Notes: generated from the sequence alone by a model not told the origin. A DNA stretch of 48,603 nucleotides from Gemmatimonadota bacterium (GCA_039586365.1 JBDHKN010000024.1:1-48603); one strand, 5' to 3'; shown: positions 10,593 through 19,858, counted from the first letter of the stretch. Translations and numbers: made by a program.

Positions 10593-10609
10593 AGCCAGTT
10601 CCGTGCCAA
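10593..10609 (-). promoter_or_regulatory. Putative sigma54 -24/-12 promoter
   Basis: Minus strand TTGGCACGGAACTGGCT has TGGCACG and exact GG-N10-GC spacing, ~70 bp upstream of the hypothetical gene. Confidence 0.5.
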
Positions 10610-10844
10610 GACCCCGCCCAACCGCGTTGCATTCACAATCCAGTGCTAACCTTACAGTTACGGCTTGGCCGGCGCCAGATCGCACAACTGTAGTATCGGC
10701 AGACCGCAAGCAGACTGCAATCTGGCCCTGCCGAAGTGGCGCTAGTGTCCTCCAAACAGGACGGTTTCCAGAGCCGAACAGTACCGGACTCGAACCACAC
10801 TGGCGCGTTGAGCGTCGCCAGAAAGGAATCTCGAGTGGTTTTCC

Positions 10845-10867
10845 AACTTGTTGTAGGCCAACAAGTT
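10845..10867. promoter_or_regulatory. Perfect inverted repeat, candidate transcription-factor site
   Basis: AACTTGTTG-taggc-CAACAAGTT, an AT-rich 9-5-9 palindrome in a divergent intergenic region. Confidence 0.35.
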
Positions 10868-10976
10868 CCTGAGCCAGGCCAGAACAGTCTCTCGGGCGTG
10901 TACCCAGTGTTCGCCGCTCTGGCGTGGGTGCTGACCTACCATCCCGCGGCCGCTCCATTAAGTTCACCGGTCTATT

Positions 10977-12029
10977 ATGGACAGTCCTGGAGCTACTAGC
11001 ATTGGAGACCGGCTGGGGCGCCCTCTACGCAGCCTCCGTATCTCGGTGACTGACCGGTGCAACATCAGGTGTCGCTACTGTATGCCGGAGGACCAGTACG
11101 TTTGGTTGCCGCGTGACTCGATACTGGCCTTCGAGGAGACCAGCCGGCTGGTTAGAGTCTTCGCCTCCGCCGGCGTCTCGCGCATCCGCATAACGGGTGG
11201 CGAGCCGCTGCTGAGACATGATCTCGCCGAATTGGTCCGCCTCTTGTCGTCGGACTCCAGGCTGACTGATCTTGCGCTGACCACGAACGGGATATTGCTG
11301 GCTCGCTACGCTGAAGACCTGAAAGCGGCTGGGCTGGGCCGGGTCACTGTGAGCCTCGATACGCTGCGGCCGGACCGGTTCGAGGATTTCACCCGCAGTG
11401 GCAGGCATGCGGACGTTCTGGCAGGCATACAGGCTGTGCGCGAGGCGGGCTTCATGGGAACGAAGCTGAATGCGGTGATTGTCAAAGGTGTGAACGACGA
11501 CGAAGTGATCGATCTCCTCGAGTTCTCCCGTGCCAACGGCGTAGAGGTCCGGCTCATCGAGTATATGGACGTGGGTGGAGCTACTCAGTGGTCGCTTGAT
11601 CAGGTTGTGTCGCGGGGTGAGTTGTTGCGGCGCATCGCTGAGCGCTACGGTGAGGTGAGGTGGGTAGAGCCGAATGACGGGAACCCGGGTCCTGCGCCAG
11701 CCGAACGGTTCATACTGCAGGACGGGACGACGTTCGGCATCGTTGCCTCAACTACCCAACCGTTTTGCCGGGCATGTGACCGCAGCAGGCTTACAGCTGA
11801 CGGCATGTGGTTCCTCTGTCTCTACGCCCAATCGGGAGTGGACCTCAAAGGTCAGCTTCGGTCGGGAGCGAGTGACGATGAGATAGCTAGGCTGATCGCG
11901 GCTGTCTGGGAGGAGCGCAGCTACCGGGGTGCCGAGGAGCGCCTGGTAACTCCTGATAGGGGGGTCCTGTATCAAGTGGATGGGCTGCGGGCGGACCCGC
12001 ATCGGGAGATGCACACACGCGGCGGTTGA
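10977..12029 (+). CDS. moaA: GTP 3',8-cyclase (molybdenum cofactor biosynthesis)
   Basis: 'LRISVTDRCNIRCRYCMP' radical-SAM motif, 'TGGEPLLR', C-terminal CxxC-x13-C (CRAC...C) and terminal GG. Confidence 0.95.
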   Translation: MDSPGATSIGDRLGRPLRSLRISVTDRCNIRCRYCMPEDQYVWLPRDSILAFEETSRLVRVFASAGVSRIRITGGEPLLRHDLAELVRLLSSDSRLTDLALTTNGILLARYAEDLKAAGLGRVTVSLDTLRPDRFEDFTRSGRHADVLAGIQAVREAGFMGTKLNAVIVKGVNDDEVIDLLEFSRANGVEVRLIEYMDVGGATQWSLDQVVSRGELLRRIAERYGEVRWVEPNDGNPGPAPAERFILQDGTTFGIVASTTQPFCRACDRSRLTADGMWFLCLYAQSGVDLKGQLRSGASDDEIARLIAAVWEERSYRGAEERLVTPDRGVLYQVDGLRADPHREMHTRGG

Positions 12030-12223
12030 AATGCCGTATCCATACGATGTCGGGTCCGGGCCGCTGGCTTTAAGCTTTGTTCATATGCCGTTCATCAAAT
12101 TGGGTGCGACATAGCGGTGCCCAGGCAGTAAATTGAGCGACTGTATTTGGGAACCAGAACCGGAGGTTGTGGGCTCCGATTCCTGTCGTGGGAGTCACTG
12201 GGACAGTGAGCGCGGTGCCGGGT

Positions 12224-12240
12224 TTGGCACAGTGGCTGCG
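12224..12240 (+). promoter_or_regulatory. Putative sigma54 -24/-12 promoter
   Basis: TTGGCACAGTGGCTGCG has TGGCAC and GG-N10-GC spacing, 26 bp before ATG 12266. Confidence 0.55.
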
Positions 12241-12265
12241 AATCGGGTCAAGGATTAAGGGAATA

Positions 12266-13366
12266 ATGCGCCGTCCGTCGAAATTGGTTCTACAATCCGC
12301 AGTACTGATCCTTGTTTTTGTGGGATGCTCGAGCGGTCCTCCCCCGGACTTTGCACCCGACCCATCTCTTGTCAGCCGGATCGCCGAGATCAGAATGCAC
12401 ATTTCTGGCGGCCCCGTGTGTCCCGGTTACACGATCCGCTCCGCCTATGACGCGGTGCTGGACGACGGTTCGGTGATTCCGTTCTCCACGCGTTACGACG
12501 ACGACAATCCTCCAGCTCTCCATGTCATTTTTCTCAGACGCACCAGTGCCCAGGCCACTCCGCGGGGTGATGGTGGCTGGGACACCAATCCTGATCCCGT
12601 GATCAGTGCGGTGACGGGATTCCGGCTGATGGTCACCCTTGTTGCCAGGCCCTCCCTCATTGCTGAGGGAGCTGTCGCGCCGGAGTATTCCTGCATGCGG
12701 CAGGCGTTCTCATTCAGAGGGCCGCGCGGAAAGGTGGGTCAGAGCGGTGGGCCGGGCCCCGACGTGACCGTGCGGCTCAACGTTCTCAGTTCGCCCTTCC
12801 ACGATAGCTTGTTCGTTGCTGGTGTGGAGGTGGGTCAGGCTCCACCGTTCTACGTGTTTGCTCAAGCGGATGTAGTGCCACCTCTGGACTGGATCACGAT
12901 TGAGTCGCGGGGTGGCGACGGGGGACGTGGGGCAGACGGTGCCGCGGGTGAACCAGGGGCGAAGGGAACTGACGGGTGCCCGGCGGGAGCTGGTGGGGCT
13001 GGTGGGCGCGGAGGCAATGGCGGTCCGGGTGGGCCTGGGGGACCGGGTGGCCGGATCACTATTGTCGTGCCGGTCGAGCAGCCGCTTCTGGCGGGTCTGG
13101 TTGACGCCTATAGCAGTGGCGGTAACGGGGGTGCCGGAGGTGAGCGGGGCGAGGGCGGTGCTGGTGGTGAAGGTGGAACAGGAGTGGCCCAGAATCGCAG
13201 ATGCGCCAACGGCAGGCCGGGTCCTGCAGGGGCCGAAGGTGTAGCCGGCCAGCAGGGAGCCGAGGGCAGTCCGGGGTTTCGCGCCCAAGTGTTTACTGTT
13301 CCGTCCGCCCGGGTTTTCGAGGATCCCCGCCTGGTGGCTCTCCTCGAATACGGCGGGGAAAGGTGA
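12266..13366 (+). CDS. Glycine-rich (Gly-X-X repeat) lipoprotein of unknown function
   Basis: Lipoprotein signal MRRPSK...VFVGC, followed by several Gly-X-X tracts (e.g. GGAGGRGGNGGPGGPGGPGG) separated by short beta-like segments. Confidence 0.75.
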   Translation: MRRPSKLVLQSAVLILVFVGCSSGPPPDFAPDPSLVSRIAEIRMHISGGPVCPGYTIRSAYDAVLDDGSVIPFSTRYDDDNPPALHVIFLRRTSAQATPRGDGGWDTNPDPVISAVTGFRLMVTLVARPSLIAEGAVAPEYSCMRQAFSFRGPRGKVGQSGGPGPDVTVRLNVLSSPFHDSLFVAGVEVGQAPPFYVFAQADVVPPLDWITIESRGGDGGRGADGAAGEPGAKGTDGCPAGAGGAGGRGGNGGPGGPGGPGGRITIVVPVEQPLLAGLVDAYSSGGNGGAGGERGEGGAGGEGGTGVAQNRRCANGRPGPAGAEGVAGQQGAEGSPGFRAQVFTVPSARVFEDPRLVALLEYGGER

Positions 13367-13439
13367 AGTCCGACAACATGGTGTTGCAGTTACGAGCTCA
13401 ATACTTCATTTCGTGTCTTGATACCGAGGAGTCGTACTA

Positions 13440-14582
13440 GTGATCGTCTCAGTACCGAAGGAAACCAGACAGGATGAGACACGCGTTGCCCTCACACCGG
13501 ACGTGGTGAAGCGTTTGGTGGCAGGCGGCGCCACTGTCCGGATAGAACATGCTGCCGGTGATAAGGCCGGGTTCACCGACGAAGCCTTCAGTAAGGTAGG
13601 GGCTGAGATCAGCCCCAACGCGGCAGCCGTGTTCAAGGATGCGGCTGTCGTGGTTAAGGTCCAACCCCCGACAGACGAGGAGGTTGGACGTCTCGAGAAA
13701 GGAGCCGTTTTGCTCGGGATGCTCCAGCCGTTTACGAATCACAAACTCGTGTCCGCACTGGCCAGCCGGGGGGTCACGAGCTTCGGCTTGGAGGCTCTGC
13801 CGCGGATCACGCGGGCCCAATCGATGGACGTTCTTTCATCGATGGCCACTGTGGCCGGGTACAAGGCCGTGCTTTTGGGAGCCAGCGCATCCGGCAAACT
13901 GTTTCCCATGTTGACGACCGCAGCGGGGACGGTAGTCCCTGCCAGAGTCCTGATACTGGGGGCTGGCGTGGCCGGCCTGCAGGCGATCGCCACGGCGCGG
14001 CGCTTGGGGGCCGTTGTGAAAGCGTTTGACGTCCGTCCCGAGGTGAAGGAGCAGGTCGAAAGCCTGGGGGCGGGCTTCATCGTTGCAGAAGAGGCGGTTG
14101 AAGCTTCGGGGGAAGGTGGCTACGCGAAAGAGCTATCTGAGGACCAGCATAAGAAAGAACTAGAGCTGATCGCCAACAACCTGAAGGATATCGACGTGGT
14201 CATTACGACGGCTCAGATCCCAGGCAAACCGGCACCACTGCTCATCACGGAAGAGATGCTGCGCCTGATGAAACCGGGCTCAGTGGTCGTGGATCTGGCC
14301 GCAGAGTCGGGCGGGAATTGTGCCGGCGCTGAGGCCGGTAAAGAGGTCAAGATACACAACGTCAAGATCCTCGGGCCCGTCAACATTGCAGCAAGCACGC
14401 CCGAGGATGCGAGCCGTATGTTTGCTCGCAATATTCACACGTTCTTGATGCAGATTGTGAAGGACGGAGAATTGAATCTCAATTTCGAGGATGAAGTGGT
14501 AAACGGCACTTGTATTACACATGAGGGAAAGGTGGTGCATGAGGCCGTTAAGAACGCTATGAACGAGAGGAGTGAACCATGA
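13440..14582 (+). CDS. pntAA: NAD(P) transhydrogenase alpha subunit part 1 (domain I)
   Basis: 'ETRVALTP', 'RAQSMDVLSS', GAGVAG Rossmann motif, 'GGYAKE' and 'DLAAESGGNC'. Confidence 0.95.
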   Translation: MIVSVPKETRQDETRVALTPDVVKRLVAGGATVRIEHAAGDKAGFTDEAFSKVGAEISPNAAAVFKDAAVVVKVQPPTDEEVGRLEKGAVLLGMLQPFTNHKLVSALASRGVTSFGLEALPRITRAQSMDVLSSMATVAGYKAVLLGASASGKLFPMLTTAAGTVVPARVLILGAGVAGLQAIATARRLGAVVKAFDVRPEVKEQVESLGAGFIVAEEAVEASGEGGYAKELSEDQHKKELELIANNLKDIDVVITTAQIPGKPAPLLITEEMLRLMKPGSVVVDLAAESGGNCAGAEAGKEVKIHNVKILGPVNIAASTPEDASRMFARNIHTFLMQIVKDGELNLNFEDEVVNGTCITHEGKVVHEAVKNAMNERSEP

Positions 14583-14875
14583 TCGAGGGCCTAGTAGATC
14601 TGCTGGTGGTCTTCGTACTCGCGATGTTCATCGGGTTCGAAGTCATCACCAAGGTGCCCCCGACACTGCACACACCGCTCATGTCTGGGTCCAATGCGAT
14701 CTCGGGTGTCACCATTCTGGGAGCGATGGTGGTTGCTGGGCGGGGCGATACAAGAATTGCGTCCGTTTTGGGTGTGGTCGCCGTGGTTTTCGCCATGATC
14801 AACGTGGTGGGTGGTTTCATGGTGACCGATAGGATGTTGCACATGTTCAAGGCGAAACCCGGGGAGCAGAAATAA
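14579..14875 (+). CDS. pntAB: NAD(P) transhydrogenase alpha subunit part 2 (membrane)
   Basis: 'LHTPLMSGSNAISG' and 'NVVGGFMVTDRML'. ATGA overlap with pntAA. Confidence 0.95.
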   Translation: MIEGLVDLLVVFVLAMFIGFEVITKVPPTLHTPLMSGSNAISGVTILGAMVVAGRGDTRIASVLGVVAVVFAMINVVGGFMVTDRMLHMFKAKPGEQK

Positions 14876-16272
14876 TGGCAGCCATACTCAAACTCATATA
14901 CCTGGCGGCCGCGGTCTGCTTCATCTTTGGGCTGAAGCGTCTGAGCCACCCACGTACCGCGGTATCCGGCAACCAGCTAGCCGCCGTCGGTATGTTGGTG
15001 GCGATCATCGCCACGGCGTTCGATCGGCAGATCGTGAGCTTCGAGTGGATCATCATCGGTATCATCATCGGCTCGGCTGTCGGCACCATCTTTGCGCGCG
15101 CCGTCAAGATGACTGCCATGCCGCAGATGGTCGCACTGCTGAACGGTTTCGGTGGTGCCGCGTCGGCTCTCGTGGCCAGCGCCGAGTACATCCGCTACAT
15201 GACATTGGGACAGAATCCACCGGCTGACGTCGCGGTCACAATCCAGCTCAGTGTCCTGATTGGAACCGTGACTTTCTCCGGCAGCGTGATCGCGTTCGGC
15301 AAGTTGCAGGAGATCGTGACCGGGACTGCCGTCACGTACCCGCTCCAGAAGACCCTCAACGCCATACTGTTTGCTGGTACGGTGGTATTGATCGTGTGGT
15401 TGTCCATCGAGTTCCCAATTCCTTACGTGCTCCTGATCTTGGCTGGCGTGGGACTGCTGCTGGGTGTGCTCTCCGTGATCCCAATTGGTGGCGCGGACAT
15501 GCCGGTGATTATTGCGTTGCTGAACTCATACTCTGGCCTTGCCGCTTCGATGACGGGATTCGTCATCAACAACCACGGCCTGATCATCAGCGGTGCCCTG
15601 GTCGGTGCTTCTGGGCTCATACTCACCGCGATCATGTGCAAGGCCATGAACCGGTCACTGGCCAACGTACTGTTTGGGGCCTTCGGCGCCGGCGCGGAGA
15701 CAGGGTCTTCGGTCATCGTGGCCGGTCAGGCGATAGAGCATCCGATCAGGCAAATCACGGCTGACGACGCCGCGATGCTAATGGCCTTTGGCAAGCAAGT
15801 TGTGGTGGTACCCGGCTACGGTCTCGCTGTCGCTCAGGCTCAGCACGAGGTTCGAGAACTGGCCGAGTTGCTGGAGAAGAAGGGCGTGACGGTCAAGTAC
15901 GCCATTCACCCTGTCGCGGGCCGCATGCCTGGGCACATGAACGTGCTCCTGGCAGAAGCGAATGTGCCCTACGATGAGCTGTATGACATGGATGTCATCA
16001 ATCCGGAATTCGAGCAGACAGATGTGTCACTGGTTATCGGAGCCAACGACGTGGTGAACCCGGCAGCCCGCAGCAATCCGGATAGTCCGCTGTACGGAAT
16101 GCCGATCCTAGATGTCGACAAGTCCCGCGCCTGCATCGTGTTGAAGCGCAGCATGCGCCCCGGATTCGCCGGTGTCGACAACGAGTTGTTCTACGCCACG
16201 GCAACTTCGATGCTCTTCGGTGACGCGAAGGACTCGATCAAGAAACTGATTCAAGAAGTGAAGGAACTCTAG
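14875..16272 (+). CDS. pntB: NAD(P) transhydrogenase beta subunit
   Basis: 'MTAMPQMVA', 'IGGADMPV', 'PGYGLAVAQAQH', 'HPVAGRMPGHMN' and 'GANDVVNP'. Confidence 0.96.
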   Translation: MAAILKLIYLAAAVCFIFGLKRLSHPRTAVSGNQLAAVGMLVAIIATAFDRQIVSFEWIIIGIIIGSAVGTIFARAVKMTAMPQMVALLNGFGGAASALVASAEYIRYMTLGQNPPADVAVTIQLSVLIGTVTFSGSVIAFGKLQEIVTGTAVTYPLQKTLNAILFAGTVVLIVWLSIEFPIPYVLLILAGVGLLLGVLSVIPIGGADMPVIIALLNSYSGLAASMTGFVINNHGLIISGALVGASGLILTAIMCKAMNRSLANVLFGAFGAGAETGSSVIVAGQAIEHPIRQITADDAAMLMAFGKQVVVVPGYGLAVAQAQHEVRELAELLEKKGVTVKYAIHPVAGRMPGHMNVLLAEANVPYDELYDMDVINPEFEQTDVSLVIGANDVVNPAARSNPDSPLYGMPILDVDKSRACIVLKRSMRPGFAGVDNELFYATATSMLFGDAKDSIKKLIQEVKEL

Positions 16273-16274
16273 CG

Positions 16275-16345
16275 AAGGTGGCAAAGGGCGGTAGGTGGAA
16301 GTGGCTACCGCCCATTACCGCCTTTTTCCGCCGTTTACCGCCCGT
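16275..16345. repeat. Inverted and tandem 10-bp repeat array forming a hairpin at a convergent junction
   Basis: GGGCGGTAG (16286-16294) pairs with CTACCGCCC (16305-16313). Tandem units TACCGCCCAT, TACCGCCTTT, TTCCGCCGTT, TACCGCCCGT span 16306-16345. Confidence 0.7.
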
Positions 16346-16796
16346 ACATTCCAACCAAGACGGCTTCCTCGATCACATGTCCCTTCATCGCCTGTAGCAG
16401 CGCATCTTTGGTAGCTCGTGGCGGCAACGACAGCTCGTGGTCGAGTGCGTAGAGTCTGAAGAAGTACCGGTGTTGCGGCCCTTTCGGTGGGCAAGGACCG
16501 CCATACCCGACAGTGCGGAAGTCGTTCAAGCCTTGTTTCGCCGAGACCGGGTTGGTGGTCTCGGGATCGGTGGGGAACCCAGCTGCGAGATTGATCACTG
16601 ACGGCGGCAGGGAGTAGACCACCCAGTGAACCCAGGTACCCGCTGGAGCGTCTGGATCTTCAGCGACAAGGGCGAATTGCTTTGTGCCCGGCGGCGATTC
16701 GGTCCAGCTGAGCGGTGGAGACATGTCGGCTCCATCGCACGTGTGAGTCCGAGGTATCAGACCGCCTTCAGCAAACGCTGGACTCGTGATCTTCAT
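16335..16796 (-). CDS. YbhB/YbcL (PEBP / Raf kinase inhibitor-like) protein
   Basis: 'SPPLSW', 'EDPDAP..TWVHWVV' and 'GYGGPCPP.G..HRYFFRLYALD'. Confidence 0.92.
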   Translation of the reverse strand: MKITSPAFAEGGLIPRTHTCDGADMSPPLSWTESPPGTKQFALVAEDPDAPAGTWVHWVVYSLPPSVINLAAGFPTDPETTNPVSAKQGLNDFRTVGYGGPCPPKGPQHRYFFRLYALDHELSLPPRATKDALLQAMKGHVIEEAVLVGMYGR

Positions 16797-16800
16797 TGGC

Positions 16801-17796
16801 TCAAACCTCCGACAAGGACTCGAAGCGGTTGGTTTCCAGGGAGCGGTACGCTGCTGCCACTAGCTCCATGTCTCGCCGCGCCACTTCCAATGACATGGCG
16901 GGTGTGCGATTCTCGCGAACGCACTCAGCGAAATGTCGGAGCATTGCCCGGTAGCCCATGATGTCGATGACGCCGGGGAGTCGTAGGCGCTTCCTGTTTC
17001 CCAAGACAAGAACGAAGAGGCCATTACTCTCGAAGAAGATGTTGCCATCGCTGCCGTAGATCTTCGACATCCCGAGACCGCCGATTCGGTTCACGAGGTT
17101 CCACGAGTGCAGCATCTTGCCCACGGTACCGTCAGAGAACTTGAGTAGCAGCTCGAGACTGTCTTCAAAAGGCGCCACGAGTTCGTACTGTCTTTCGGGG
17201 CGTGTCGCTATCACTTCCTGCGCGGGGCCCCCCACGCTCAGCATGAGGTTGACCCAGTGAACCCCACCCTCCAACAGCGCTCCACCTCCCATCATTGCGG
17301 GATCGGCCCGCCACCCGCTGATCTTGCTACGGGCCGCGCGGTTGAGTTCGATGAACATCGGATCACCGATGTCGCCGCGCTCGATGTGGTGTCTGAGGAC
17401 CTGCACCAGTGGCTTGAAGAAATAGTTCTCTGCCACCATGGCGATGATTCCCGAAGCTGCAACTGCACTCTCGATCTGGCTGAGTTCCTCGAGGTTGCGG
17501 GAGATCGGCTTCTCTATGAGGACGGATTTCTTTCCGGCCGCTGCAAGTTGGACATGTTCGACGTGATGAGCGTGCGGTGTGCAGACGAACACGGCGTCGA
17601 CGCGGGGGTCGTTGCAGGCCTCCTCATAGCTACCGAAAGCTCCGATACCGCGGAACTTGCGATTGTACAGCTCCGCTCGATCCAGGGAGCGGCTGGCGTA
17701 GAGCAGGTCTAGCTGCGATCGGATAGTGCGGGCGAACCGGCTATGGAGGCGCGCGACCGAACCACAACCCAGGATGCAGAGATTGACCTTCTTCAC
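16801..17796 (-). CDS. Gfo/Idh/MocA-family oxidoreductase
   Basis: 'ILGCGSVA' Rossmann motif, 'EKP' and 'GGGALLEGGVH'. GTG start overlaps the stop of the GMC gene (GTGA). Confidence 0.88.
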   Translation of the reverse strand: MKKVNLCILGCGSVARLHSRFARTIRSQLDLLYASRSLDRAELYNRKFRGIGAFGSYEEACNDPRVDAVFVCTPHAHHVEHVQLAAAGKKSVLIEKPISRNLEELSQIESAVAASGIIAMVAENYFFKPLVQVLRHHIERGDIGDPMFIELNRAARSKISGWRADPAMMGGGALLEGGVHWVNLMLSVGGPAQEVIATRPERQYELVAPFEDSLELLLKFSDGTVGKMLHSWNLVNRIGGLGMSKIYGSDGNIFFESNGLFVLVLGNRKRLRLPGVIDIMGYRAMLRHFAECVRENRTPAMSLEVARRDMELVAAAYRSLETNRFESLSEV

Positions 17797-19379
17797 ACCT
17801 CTCTCCGGGCGATTACGTCGTCCCAGTTCTCGGCCAAATACTTGCCTACTCTGAGACCATTTGCGGCTATCGTCAAGCTGGGATTGACCCCCCCAGAAGT
17901 CGGCATGAAGCTGCTGTCCACTACGAATAGGTTGGGTACTCCGAAGAACCGACACCACTGATCGAGAACGGCGCGCTCTGGGTTTGTACCGAAGCGCAGA
18001 GTGCCGACGGCGTGCGAATAGGTGTGGATGGGCATCCGAACACGAATCCAGGATCCTGCTTTTCTCAGGATTCTCGCCGCTTCGAGATACAGCCCACGCC
18101 GCGCTTCCAGATCTCGTTTACAGTATTTGTGGAATACGCGAGCCAAGGGAACACCGAAAGGATCGGTGTGCTGCCGTGTAATCTCCACCCGATTATCGAA
18201 GTTGGGTAGGTCCTCGGCCATGCAGATCAGGTACGCATGCAGGGGGAGCGTCTTCGCACCCAACCAACCAATGGGTTTCGGGTAGGGGGCCGTCTCCTCC
18301 ACGAACTCCGGCGGGGGGGTTTGCAGGGATTGGATCATGCCCCATGGACCTTTGGGACCACGTCCGGGATGGCCGAGGTAGAAGTCTGTGATGGCAAGCT
18401 GCTTGTGGAACTGACGCTCGGGATTCGTGGTGAACGGGAAGATCCCGACAACGATGCCGCTGCAGTGCCGCATCAAATAGCGTCCCACCAGCCTACCGTT
18501 GGGTTCTACCTCGTTGAGGCCGGAGTTGAGTAGCAGGCAAGCAGAGGCAATGGCTCCACAGCTCACGACGCACAGGTCGCACGATATGGTGATTTCCTCT
18601 CCGGTGTCAGCACTGACGCATTCCACCGCCCGCACTCGCCCGTCCGATCTCAGCAGTCGCTTCACGACTGTGTTGCCTCGGATTACCGCTCCGTACTGCT
18701 GTGCCTTGGGTAGCACAGTAACAGCGAGGTCGTTCTTTGCGCAGATCTTGCATGGGAATAGATCGCAGGTCATGCACTTGACGCACTTGGGACGGCTTCC
18801 GTCTCGCTCGAAATTGATTGCCAGGGGAATCGGGAATGGATTGAGACCAAGTCGCTCAGCTGCGCGGGCGATACGGCGAGCTGAAGACCCGTACGGCGGA
18901 GGTCTCGTCGCATAGTCGGAGGTTCGTGGTGGATCCGTCAGGTCGACCCCGGAGACACCTGCCACCCCTATCGTGCGTTCCGCCTCTGAATAGAACGGCT
19001 CGAGGTCGCGGTATTGAATCGGCCAATCCATTGGGGGGAGCTGCTCTAGCTCACTTTGATCGAACCGAGCGGCGATGTCGAAGTCCTCTTCACGCAACCT
19101 CAAGGACGCCGCACCGTAGAAGACGGACTTCCCGCCGACCGAGTCGTCGGGGTAGATCAACTGTCTACCCCACCGCTCGTCGACCTCGTACGCCGTCTGG
19201 CCCCTGTATTTCCGATCAATCTGGATGGCGCGGGAGTCCCAGGCCGTTTCATCCCGGTCGACCCAACGACCTCGTTCCAAGACCAGTACCCGGATGCCGG
19301 CAGCCGCGAGTTTCAAGGCGACGGTGCTACCGCCGAAACCCGATCCTACTACTACGGCATCCCAGTGCTCGCGGGTCAT
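17793..19379 (-). CDS. GMC-family FAD oxidoreductase with Cys cluster
   Basis: 'VVVGSGFGG' FAD motif, 'VGGKSVFYG', CxxCxxCxxxxC (CVKCMTCDLFPC), 'HAVGT' and 'NPSLTIAA'. Confidence 0.9.
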   Translation of the reverse strand: MTREHWDAVVVGSGFGGSTVALKLAAAGIRVLVLERGRWVDRDETAWDSRAIQIDRKYRGQTAYEVDERWGRQLIYPDDSVGGKSVFYGAASLRLREEDFDIAARFDQSELEQLPPMDWPIQYRDLEPFYSEAERTIGVAGVSGVDLTDPPRTSDYATRPPPYGSSARRIARAAERLGLNPFPIPLAINFERDGSRPKCVKCMTCDLFPCKICAKNDLAVTVLPKAQQYGAVIRGNTVVKRLLRSDGRVRAVECVSADTGEEITISCDLCVVSCGAIASACLLLNSGLNEVEPNGRLVGRYLMRHCSGIVVGIFPFTTNPERQFHKQLAITDFYLGHPGRGPKGPWGMIQSLQTPPPEFVEETAPYPKPIGWLGAKTLPLHAYLICMAEDLPNFDNRVEITRQHTDPFGVPLARVFHKYCKRDLEARRGLYLEAARILRKAGSWIRVRMPIHTYSHAVGTLRFGTNPERAVLDQWCRFFGVPNLFVVDSSFMPTSGGVNPSLTIAANGLRVGKYLAENWDDVIARREV

Positions 19380-19396
19380 GTTGGTGTTGCCAAATG

Positions 19397-19858
19397 CTAG
19401 CCGAAGACGCCGATCTTGAACAGCCGATAGACAAAGAACACGGTCACCGCTATTTCGACCACCCAAGACATCGGCTGACGGTAGTACCCGAGATACATCT
19501 CCTTGCCCCAATAGCCCGTGTCCTCGAACAGGGCTAGCGTGTACTTCCTCTTCACGAACGGCCACAGCAGCGGCAATCCGACAGTGCTACCGATGTCGGC
19601 CGCAAAATGAGACATGATAGCCACGAAGGTGAATATCCCGTAGTGGGGAGACCAAATGGCCACAAAGAAACTGACTACTACCGCGAACCAAGTTGTGTGA
19701 GTGACAGTGCAATGGAATCCCTGACCGGCGATTCCGAATCGTTCGACCAGAGAATCAAGATTCGGGAGGAAATGCATGCCGAGACAGAGCACAATCGTCT
19801 TGGGATTCCAGTCGTAGGTGGCAATCGACAGGGCGAGGGGCACATGGCCTGCCTGCAT
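19397..19858 (-). CDS. Membrane-bound metal-dependent hydrolase (YdjM-like)
   Basis: N-terminal His, 'LPNLD', 'HCTVTH', 'SHFAAD' and 'GLPLLWPF'. Hydrophobic. GGAGGAG RBS. Confidence 0.7.
   Translation of the reverse strand: MQAGHVPLALSIATYDWNPKTIVLCLGMHFLPNLDSLVERFGIAGQGFHCTVTHTTWFAVVVSFFVAIWSPHYGIFTFVAIMSHFAADIGSTVGLPLLWPFVKRKYTLALFEDTGYWGKEMYLGYYRQPMSWVVEIAVTVFFVYRLFKIGVFG

Noticed and set aside
10620..10976. Possible Moco riboswitch or small ORFs upstream of moaA
   Set aside because: No recognisable Moco RNA motif. The short ORFs lack an RBS or protein-like features.
12110..12200. tRNA-like 3' half (GGAGGTTGTGGGCTCCGATTCC)
   Set aside because: It lacks a proper GTTCRA T-loop, and no acceptor stem or D-arm can be built.
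13440..16272. Split pntA as a possible frameshift or pseudogene
   Set aside because: The three-subunit transhydrogenase (alpha1, alpha2, beta) is a well-known natural arrangement, and pntAB has its own RBS.
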